From: Bacteroidaceae bacterium
Lineage (GTDB): Bacteria > Bacteroidota > Bacteroidia > Bacteroidales > Bacteroidaceae
Assembly: GCA_963678855.1 (NCBI GenBank)
Contig: OY787448.1
Location: 1,348,615-1,412,614 of the forward strand
Length of the DNA stretch: 64,000 bases
Reading direction: 5' to 3'
The translations under genes were made by a program, and so were the position numbers. The notes below the pieces were generated by a model that ran no database searches, had not been told where the DNA came from, and worked only from the letters and a program-made list of their open reading frames with translations. Numbering within the stretch: position 1 is the stretch's first letter; each line of letters opens with the position of its first letter. Below, in pieces: positions 18,896 through 27,126 of this stretch.

Positions 18896-21800
18896 TTATT
18901 CGATGGTTATTGCTTTAGAATCTGAGCTCGCTGTGTATTCAGGAGCATAACAAGATTTAATTTCTACACCATTGTCTCGGTAGGCTCCTGATTGTTGGGC
19001 AAGCATCTCGTATGTCACGACAGTTTCACCTTTTGGGATACGGTGGATAAAACAATGCATCTCTGTGGTTTTCGGATCTAAATAATAACTAGGATATCCC
19101 CAGTAAAAATCGGCTACTTGTCTACGAGGCACAAGAGCTCCTGCATAACGATCAATAATTTGAATCAACGACATACTTTGTGGAGCATCAATAGTCAATT
19201 GAACACGCACCACATCTCCTTTATCGAAAGTTGTGCATGGACGCCAAAGCTTTTTATGGTTATCGCGAACCTCCTTCAGAAGCACACGCTTTATAGACAA
19301 TCCAGATGTTGAGACAGCCCCCAATAGTGTATTCTTCTGTTTGTACGTACCAGATACGACTCCCCAAAGTGGCACTGAAGATTCATTCTTAACAGTTGCT
19401 TTTTTGAAGCCACCCTCTGGGGCTGCAATATCATCAAGAACCAACCCTGTATCAACAGCTCTCCACCCTCTACGCAAGATACTAGAAGTCTCATCAGAAG
19501 AGACCTGTAAAGTCAACTCAGCAGAGAATGTACTAGGCACATGAGAATCTATGGCTAACAAACTATAAACAATACGAGTTTGATCGCCTATACCTGACCA
19601 AACTTTAGTACGCGCTTCTTGCAGAGCATGCATAATAACTTCATCTTTTTCACTCTTATCTCCCAACAAATTGGTCAGATAAACAGCAGAAGACAATGAG
19701 CGAGTATTGCCTGAATACAAGGCATACTCACGAAGTGAATGCATCAATGTTTGAGCACGCTGTGGTTCACCTAGTCGCAATGCAGTTAAAGCCACTTGCA
19801 ACTTGTGGTACACTGGTATATCACGGCTCTCTTTTGGTATACGATTATAGAAGTAGCGAACTTCTTCAGGCACAATGTGCCCATCATTGTATAATGCCCA
19901 CACATATAAATAGGTATAAGGATCGAAATACTTATCACTTTTTTCTTTGCGCTTTAATACTAGCATGCAGTCGTGAGCTCTACGTTGTGCCCAAGCTTTT
20001 GCTTTATCGATTGCTGCATAGACCTCTGCATCTATGCTACCTTCTGGGAGTAGCATAGCCATATGTGCATGTAGCTCTAGCACATACATTGTCAGATAAT
20101 CTGATGCATCCATACCAGCAAACCAAGAGAATCTACCGTCTGGAGCTTGTAATGCTTTCAGTCCTTTGACATAAGCTTTCTTCTTCATCGCCAAAGTGGT
20201 ATCTCCCGCAGCAAGATCCAACCATAGTGCGCGACGAGCTTCCTGTTGCACTTCCCATGGCGTAGAAACTAATGCGTTCTCTTTATGGGTCATTAATTTC
20301 TTACTTTTTATTTCATCGTTGAGCCATGTTTTCAAAGCTGGCTGCTTGTCCAAAATCATTTGCCCTAGCAAGGTCGCATAATAACGATGCATGCTACCAT
20401 AGACACAATATGGGTTGCCATCGGCATACATACTAGGCAATTGTTGTAAGGCGACACTGTACAAGCCATGTGTCAACTCCACGTGGATTTTATCAGCTTG
20501 TTCAAAAGGTTTCATATTGCTGTTCCAAGTATCACCTTGCATCCCAAGTGGTGACAATGTAAATGGCAACGAAGCTTTTACTTGTATTTGATTATCTAGC
20601 ACTTGCAATACATGTTGTTCTCCATCTTGTGCTTGTTTGCTTCGTGCAATAACACGATAACCGACTGCACCTGCTTGTACAAAGACTTTTGGTATCCATC
20701 GTAAAGTGCGTTGTCCCTTAGCTTTTAACACAAACTTTTGTGTATGTTCTTGCAGAGTTTTCTTTGTTTCTAAGTCGAACAACTGCCAGTCAAGCGTCAC
20801 AGTACTTGAAGCATCCTGTCTATTACTGACATGTGTCGCCAATGTCAATTCATCACCCACTCTACAGAAACGAGGCAAGGTAGGATGTACCATCAAAGGC
20901 TTATTGGTTATAACCAGAGTATCCATTTCTCCTTGCCACAAAGAGTCGGTATGAGCTAAAGCACGCACCTTCCATGTTGTTAGATCGGCTGGCGTTTTAA
21001 AAGAAGCTTTTACATACCCCTTCTTATCAGTCTGCAAATTAGGATAAAAGAAAGCAGTTGGAGTAGAGGCCTCTCGAAGAAAATCTGAAGAGATAGATTT
21101 TCCATCAGAAACGTTTCCACCTTCATCATGTTCTTCCTCAGGGAGTACGAAAGCAGGCTGCACTTCGTTTAAAGCTGATTTTGTTCTGCGCTGGCTCTTT
21201 GCACGATAACGGGCACTCACCATTCCTCGAATACGTAAAGAATTATAATCCCAGCTTCCCATAAAGGTGTCTCTTTTCCATGTAGAGATAGAGAAGTCAG
21301 GCAATTCATATCTATAATAATCAGGGGTAGCACGACGTAACCAAGGCTCTGAAACATTACTTCGAATCAAACTTGGGTTCCAATGCAATATCCAATTGTT
21401 ACTTGAATAAGCCAAAGCATCAAGAGCTGAATCGTACATCCACAATCCAACCGTTGCCTGAACTGGTTTATTTTCTGCATCAAGCACACGTAACTTCCAT
21501 GTCTCTGGGGTCTTAGGGACCAAGTGATCTCTAAATGAAACAGTTTGAATATGAAGCGTCTTATCTGGTTGTTCTAATTCTACATCGGCTCGATCATAAT
21601 CCACATGTCCATCACCAATGACGTAAAACTTCACCTTGATTCCGTGGTGCATTTCTGGTGTATATTGCAGCGTAGCAGAGTAAATAGAATCTAATTGTTG
21701 TGCACCTGTTTGCTGCAACTTTTTCGTATACACCTTCTCTTTAGTTGCATACATCATATACACGTGGCGATTCGGTCTATTCACACGGCAAGTGATGTAT

Positions 21801-24007
21801 GCTGGTGACTTAGGGCTAAATGTATAGTTATGTTTGGCTAGCCATAATGTATTCTTTAAACTATCTGGAAGTTGTGGTTTATTCACTTCTTTGCCACCAT
21901 ATACAACAAAGTCCTGCTTAGCATCGTGACTCTCACCTGACTGTGCCACGACGTGATAAGACATCTCAAAGTATTCTTTTCTCCATAACACTTGAAGAGA
22001 ATCTAAGGTCACACTAACTGAAAGGCGACCTTTAGCATCCGTGACACCTTCACCTCGCAGCACAACAGTTTCTGGTCGAGAATTGAATCTTCCTGACCAA
22101 TCAAATCGCCAGAAGTCTCTGCGTTCTAGTGAATAAGTCACACGAGCATTTTGTAGAGGCAACCCTGTCATTTGAACTGCTTCAAGAGAACATATAAATG
22201 GCTGTCCAACTTTTAAACTATCTTTTTGTAGAGGAAGTGCATTCACTTTAAAACTAGGCAACTGGTAGTCAGCCACTTCTATAAATGCACGCCCTGCTAA
22301 ATCTTTCGAAGATAAGTGATAGCTACCATTAAGCCCTTGTTTAGGCAGTGCAATATGTACCGTAGCAACCCCATGGTCATCAGTCTCAACAGCAAAAGCT
22401 CTCACTTTCTTGCCGCTAGGATTTTTCAGGGTTAAAATTATTTTTTTATGTCTAAGCACGTGACCACTAACGTCACTTTTTTCATAGGCACAAACACGAG
22501 CATGTACACTGTCTCCAGGGTGATAAATAGGGCGATCTGTTGCAATATGCATTCTGGAACGGCTCAAACTTTCGGGGTAAGAAACAGAAGAATAGCCTGC
22601 GGTAAGCAAAGGCATAAACTGATCTGCTTTTCCCTCTGGAAGACGGACTGAAACTTCGGGTCTACTAACAGGACAATTAGAAAAAAGAGCTACACCATTA
22701 CTATCAGCTTTCATGGTGCGAGAAAACTTCCTTCCTTTTATATATACTATAGCTCCTGGCACAGCCTCACCGGTCAATTTATTGAGTGCAAGTACATAAT
22801 AAGTTTTTGAATTGACTTTAGTTGTCAATGCTGTCAAATCAGAAACTGCAATAGTATTGTTATCAGTTTTAATGGGTACAGCAAGACTGTCAGGATAGTC
22901 GACAATCGGTTTAATTGATACAGCATACTTCCCATAAGGCATAGGAGGCAGATTGACAATTGTTCTCTTGTTACTATATGTCGTATCAGTAAGTAATGGT
23001 ACAACATGTGTCTTATTACCGATCTTAATAGACACTCGAGGTACATTTGTAGCATTTATTCGAATCCTAATACTATCAGTTGAGAAGTATTGACGCTGAA
23101 TAGAAGCATATATAGATGGTCTAATAATCTGATAATACATACTCTGTAGCTCTCTAACACGACGAGCATTTGGATAACGCGATATTCCTTCTTTGGCAAT
23201 ACGCAATGCTAAATTCACATTCCCAATACGTTGTGCTTCAGCAGCACGAGCAATGTACAACTCAAGAAAAGTGCTACATTGAGTATAAGTTGGTATTAAC
23301 GTATCAAATCGCTTGAGACGCTCATCAGGTTCAGAAAGGTGTTGCACCTGGCCAATAGCCACAAGCAAAGCTGCGTCCAATTGATTATCTTCTTGTTCTA
23401 TAGATAACCATTGTTCGTATAATGCGCTCTGCATATTAGTCAGTTTCTCTGTCTCTTCTTTAGTACGTCCATAATAACTAGCAGAAAGCCTCATACGATG
23501 TAATACTAAATTTGACAGCAACGGATATAGGCGATGCCTAAACACCTTACCACCTTTTCCTATCTTAACAAAAGGCACGTATGACTTGGCAGAAACTTTA
23601 GATAACTGCTCCCCATAATTATATATATAATGTGCATGATTGACTATTTCATCCACCTCATCATTTGACAACAACGCACACTGCAAAGTGTGCACAATGG
23701 CCTTTTCTTTATAATCCACAGCTGATTGTTGCCATTCTTCTAATTGAGATGCAATCTTGCTACGAGCATCTTCAGGCAACTTACGATATGTATCAAGTTG
23801 AACAGCAAGAGCCCGCCCCTGTTGAGGTACATTATTTTCTTTATCGGCTAGGTGATACATCTGACTAGACAACTCGAGTGTCAATTTAGGACGATCATCC
23901 TTCTGAGCTTGCTCTATAGATTTCCAGAGTTTATCGTATTTATCAGCTTGGGCTAAAACACAATAAAACAACAAGACAAATAATAAAGACCATTTAATCG
24001 TTTTCAT
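18896..24007 (-). CDS. alpha-2-macroglobulin family protein (large, secreted, no thioester motif seen)
   Basis: Start placed at MKTIKWSLLFVLLFYCVLAQA (signal peptide), giving 1,703 aa. MG-domain hallmarks: DRPIYHPGDSVHARV, GVATVHIALPKQGLNGSYHL, FIEVADYQLPSFKV, TDKKGYVKASFKTPADLTTWKVRALA. Helical TPR-like N-terminal ~330 aa. No C-x-E-Q anywhere in the translation. Confidence 0.8.
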   Translation of the reverse strand: MKTIKWSLLFVLLFYCVLAQADKYDKLWKSIEQAQKDDRPKLTLELSSQMYHLADKENNVPQQGRALAVQLDTYRKLPEDARSKIASQLEEWQQSAVDYKEKAIVHTLQCALLSNDEVDEIVNHAHYIYNYGEQLSKVSAKSYVPFVKIGKGGKVFRHRLYPLLSNLVLHRMRLSASYYGRTKEETEKLTNMQSALYEQWLSIEQEDNQLDAALLVAIGQVQHLSEPDERLKRFDTLIPTYTQCSTFLELYIARAAEAQRIGNVNLALRIAKEGISRYPNARRVRELQSMYYQIIRPSIYASIQRQYFSTDSIRIRINATNVPRVSIKIGNKTHVVPLLTDTTYSNKRTIVNLPPMPYGKYAVSIKPIVDYPDSLAVPIKTDNNTIAVSDLTALTTKVNSKTYYVLALNKLTGEAVPGAIVYIKGRKFSRTMKADSNGVALFSNCPVSRPEVSVRLPEGKADQFMPLLTAGYSSVSYPESLSRSRMHIATDRPIYHPGDSVHARVCAYEKSDVSGHVLRHKKIILTLKNPSGKKVRAFAVETDDHGVATVHIALPKQGLNGSYHLSSKDLAGRAFIEVADYQLPSFKVNALPLQKDSLKVGQPFICSLEAVQMTGLPLQNARVTYSLERRDFWRFDWSGRFNSRPETVVLRGEGVTDAKGRLSVSVTLDSLQVLWRKEYFEMSYHVVAQSGESHDAKQDFVVYGGKEVNKPQLPDSLKNTLWLAKHNYTFSPKSPAYITCRVNRPNRHVYMMYATKEKVYTKKLQQTGAQQLDSIYSATLQYTPEMHHGIKVKFYVIGDGHVDYDRADVELEQPDKTLHIQTVSFRDHLVPKTPETWKLRVLDAENKPVQATVGLWMYDSALDALAYSSNNWILHWNPSLIRSNVSEPWLRRATPDYYRYELPDFSISTWKRDTFMGSWDYNSLRIRGMVSARYRAKSQRRTKSALNEVQPAFVLPEEEHDEGGNVSDGKSISSDFLREASTPTAFFYPNLQTDKKGYVKASFKTPADLTTWKVRALAHTDSLWQGEMDTLVITNKPLMVHPTLPRFCRVGDELTLATHVSNRQDASSTVTLDWQLFDLETKKTLQEHTQKFVLKAKGQRTLRWIPKVFVQAGAVGYRVIARSKQAQDGEQHVLQVLDNQIQVKASLPFTLSPLGMQGDTWNSNMKPFEQADKIHVELTHGLYSVALQQLPSMYADGNPYCVYGSMHRYYATLLGQMILDKQPALKTWLNDEIKSKKLMTHKENALVSTPWEVQQEARRALWLDLAAGDTTLAMKKKAYVKGLKALQAPDGRFSWFAGMDASDYLTMYVLELHAHMAMLLPEGSIDAEVYAAIDKAKAWAQRRAHDCMLVLKRKEKSDKYFDPYTYLYVWALYNDGHIVPEEVRYFYNRIPKESRDIPVYHKLQVALTALRLGEPQRAQTLMHSLREYALYSGNTRSLSSAVYLTNLLGDKSEKDEVIMHALQEARTKVWSGIGDQTRIVYSLLAIDSHVPSTFSAELTLQVSSDETSSILRRGWRAVDTGLVLDDIAAPEGGFKKATVKNESSVPLWGVVSGTYKQKNTLLGAVSTSGLSIKRVLLKEVRDNHKKLWRPCTTFDKGDVVRVQLTIDAPQSMSLIQIIDRYAGALVPRRQVADFYWGYPSYYLDPKTTEMHCFIHRIPKGETVVTYEMLAQQSGAYRDNGVEIKSCYAPEYTASSDSKAITIE

Positions 24008-24362
24008 GGGTTTGGTGGCTAATAGATTAATATTTCTTACAGTGCATAAAGCTAGAACGCACTGAAGTACACAACACAAAAGTAATAAATAAACACGAGA
24101 AACAAGGCTAGAAGTAGCTTTTTGTAAGTAAAGTTTGAATAAAATAAAGCAAAAGCAAACTCTAAGTACTAAGTAAATAGCATAAATGACTACAGGCTAG
24201 TATTCCAATCGCAGCTCACAAGGAAAACCAAAGACTCACGTAACATTATTGTAATAAATATGTCACAGCATTGTATCCTGTTTGTCCTAAACCTGTAACA
24301 ACAAAAGAGGATATTTGCGTCGTAAATAAAACTAGCATTATAAAAACAGTAAAGAGAAAGCA

Positions 24363-27083
24363 ATGAAAAGATTTTTCACATTCATGTTGGCAATCGTCGC
24401 ACTACAAGTTAGTGTAATGGCCATCACGCTTAAAGGTCGGATCCTCGACAAGAAAACAAAAGAGCCACTTATCGGTGCCTCTGTAATTATTGCGAACACA
24501 AGCATCGGAGCTATTACAAATTTCGATGGATTTTACGAAATCACAGGCTTGCAAGCTGGAACATACAACATCCAAGTAAGCTATATTGGCTACCAACCAA
24601 CGCTTATGCAAGAAATCAAGGTAAGCAGTGATGCTGAACAAATCCTTGATGTGAAGATGGTAGCCGCGGAAGTAACCCTTGACAATGTCATGGTTGTTGC
24701 AAAAAAGAATCTTGAGAGCGAGAATATGCTACTTATGGAACAACAGAAAGCTGTTCTAGCGGTACAATCTGTAGGTGCTAAAGAGCTTTCACGTAAAGGT
24801 ATTAGCGATGCAGAAGGTGCAGTATCTAAAGTATCTGGTATCTCTAAACAAGAAGGTGTTAAAAACGTAGTGGTACGTGGTCTTGGCGATCGCTATAACT
24901 CAACTACATTGAATGGTTTTGCCATCCCTTCTGAAGATCCAGAATATAAAAACATCTCACTAGATTTCTTTTCTTCTGATGTTATCAAGGCAGTTGGCGT
25001 AAACAAAGCGTTTACAGCTGGAGGTCCTAGTGATGTGGCTGGTGCAAATATCAACATCCTTTCTAAAGAACTTGTAGGTGAATCTAAGCTGCAAATCGGT
25101 ATCTCTGGCGGTGCAAACTCATCTAGCTTTGGAGAAGATTTCCTAGTACTTGACGGTGTTAACCCTTTCGGTTACTCAACTGAAAGTATTCCTGCATACA
25201 GTGAAGAGGTCTTGAACTTCGAAAACAGTCTTGACCCAGAGAAAAAGACTGCGCCTATGAACTTCGGTTTGAATATCGCAGGTGGTCGCAAGTTTGACTT
25301 GACTGACAACTCTACTTTGTCTCTATTTGCTGTAGCAGCAGCGAGCCAAAAGGCAAGCTATACAGACGGTGTGGTAAGAAAGACTACAAATGGCTCGTTG
25401 ACACCATTCCAAGATCAAAACGTAAAAGACTACAGAATCAACACAAACCACATCGGTATGTTGAATCTTGACTATGCACTAGGTCAAACATTCAACCTAG
25501 CATATAACTTCATGTATATCCATAACAACATGCAATCTGTTAAGGATTTCACAGGAAGTCACTCTGAGACATTTGCTGGTGCAGATGAAACAGGTTACGT
25601 TGGTTTCACTCGTCGTCAACAAGACAATGACAATACATTGATTGTGAACCAATTGATTGGTAAGTATAATCCAACAAAGCGTGTACACGTAGAAGCTGGT
25701 GTTGCTTACAACATGATTGACAGTAAAGAGCCAGACAGACGTAGCAACTACCTGTCTAAGCAACCAACGAAATATATCTTCACTGGCTCTGATGTGAGTC
25801 AACGCAACTACTCATCTCTAATAGAAGATGACGTAAATGCAAGAGCAAACGTTCAATATGACCTAAACGACGAGGGTACTACAAACGTAAAGCTTGGTTA
25901 TAGTGGTCGTTTCACAACAGACGAATTTGGCGCTCGCAACTTCATTTATTCGAAAGTAAGATTGTCTGACGCTCCTAACCCAGAAGATAGCTACGACTTA
26001 GATTTGGATAGCTATTACACTCAGGCCAATCTAGAGGCGGGTAAATTTGCAATGGACGTATTTGATGAAATATACAATGTCGAAAAGACAGTTCACTCTG
26101 TTTATGCTGAGGGTACATACCAAGTCAATGAGAACTTGATAATGTTTGCTGGCTTGAAATACGATCAAGTCAACTTTGATATTGACTACATGGTCAACAA
26201 AGCTGCTACTCCTTCTAACACAAGCTTTGACAAGCAATTCTTTTTGCCAAATTTGAACATGAAGTACAACGTAAACGAAAAGAATTCTCTACGTTTTGCA
26301 AGTAGCATCACATATACACTACCACAATCTAAGGAGATTTCTCCATTCCGTTATAGAGATGTAGGTTTCTCTTCTGAAGGTTATGCAGACTTGCAACCAT
26401 CAACAAACTACAACTTTGACTTGAAATGGGATTATTACTTAGGTCGCGGTGAACTATTCTCTGTAACAGGTTTCTACAAAATGATTGAAGATCCTATTGC
26501 ACGCATCGACGTAGGTAGTGCTGCTGGTGTGCTTTCTTACCGTAACGTATCAGACAAAGCTACTGCAGCTGGTATTGAGATGGAATTCCGCAAGACTTGG
26601 TTCTCTCAACCTGTTGGTAATGAAGGTATGCAAAAACTTTCTACAGGTTTGAACGGTTCTTATATCTACACACACTGTGAAGCAGATCTTGGCAACGAGA
26701 TTTCGACTGAATCAGCTGGTGATCAACTTGAAGGCGCTGCGCCTTTCATTGGCAACCTTGATATTTCATACAACTTCCGCAACAAGGAAACAAACTGGAC
26801 GTCTACTCTTGTAGTAAACTACGTGAGCGACCTAGTGTATATGATTGGTACAAAAGGATACAATGACGTCATGCAGAAGAACGTAACAACAATGGACTTC
26901 GTCACTCAATATGAATTCAACAAGCACTGGGGAGTATCTTTCAAAGCAAAGAACTTGCTAGATCCTAAATTCAAACTTGAACGCGAAGTGACTGACCTTA
27001 ACACTGGTAAAACAGGCGATGTGGTCCTTTCTCAATATCAGAAGGGCATCGATTTGAGCCTGGGTATTACATACAAGTTTTAA
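24363..27083 (+). CDS. TonB-dependent receptor with N-terminal carboxypeptidase-regulatory-like domain
   Basis: 906 aa. Signal peptide, CarboxypepD_reg-like segment (LKGRILDKKTKEPLIGASVII...GFYEITGLQAGTYNIQVSYIGY), plug (VVVRGLGDRYNSTTLNG), long beta-barrel ending in the terminal aromatic ...GITYKF. Confidence 0.9.
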   Translation: MKRFFTFMLAIVALQVSVMAITLKGRILDKKTKEPLIGASVIIANTSIGAITNFDGFYEITGLQAGTYNIQVSYIGYQPTLMQEIKVSSDAEQILDVKMVAAEVTLDNVMVVAKKNLESENMLLMEQQKAVLAVQSVGAKELSRKGISDAEGAVSKVSGISKQEGVKNVVVRGLGDRYNSTTLNGFAIPSEDPEYKNISLDFFSSDVIKAVGVNKAFTAGGPSDVAGANINILSKELVGESKLQIGISGGANSSSFGEDFLVLDGVNPFGYSTESIPAYSEEVLNFENSLDPEKKTAPMNFGLNIAGGRKFDLTDNSTLSLFAVAAASQKASYTDGVVRKTTNGSLTPFQDQNVKDYRINTNHIGMLNLDYALGQTFNLAYNFMYIHNNMQSVKDFTGSHSETFAGADETGYVGFTRRQQDNDNTLIVNQLIGKYNPTKRVHVEAGVAYNMIDSKEPDRRSNYLSKQPTKYIFTGSDVSQRNYSSLIEDDVNARANVQYDLNDEGTTNVKLGYSGRFTTDEFGARNFIYSKVRLSDAPNPEDSYDLDLDSYYTQANLEAGKFAMDVFDEIYNVEKTVHSVYAEGTYQVNENLIMFAGLKYDQVNFDIDYMVNKAATPSNTSFDKQFFLPNLNMKYNVNEKNSLRFASSITYTLPQSKEISPFRYRDVGFSSEGYADLQPSTNYNFDLKWDYYLGRGELFSVTGFYKMIEDPIARIDVGSAAGVLSYRNVSDKATAAGIEMEFRKTWFSQPVGNEGMQKLSTGLNGSYIYTHCEADLGNEISTESAGDQLEGAAPFIGNLDISYNFRNKETNWTSTLVVNYVSDLVYMIGTKGYNDVMQKNVTTMDFVTQYEFNKHWGVSFKAKNLLDPKFKLEREVTDLNTGKTGDVVLSQYQKGIDLSLGITYKF

Positions 27084-27126
27084 ATAGGTAAACCACAATT
27101 ATTAACTTCTTCTAAAAAACAAGAAA

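Noticed and set aside
24008-24079. N-terminal extensions of tracked ORFs: A2M-like 24008..24079, rny 4188..4268, ppk1 32137..32190, ispG 39448..39489, DUF5020-like 5260..5370.
   Set aside because: In each case a downstream Met gives a canonical N-terminus (signal peptide, TM helix or conserved family start). For ppk1 and the DUF5020-like gene, a -7 promoter box lies inside the extension.
24080-24362. Possible cobalamin or other riboswitch in the leader of the TonB-dependent receptor. The mutA leader at 10538..10648 was checked as well.
   Set aside because: Neither leader shows a B12-box-like element or a conserved multi-stem core by eye, and the mutA leader is too short. This is a by-eye negative only, so cmscan should confirm it.
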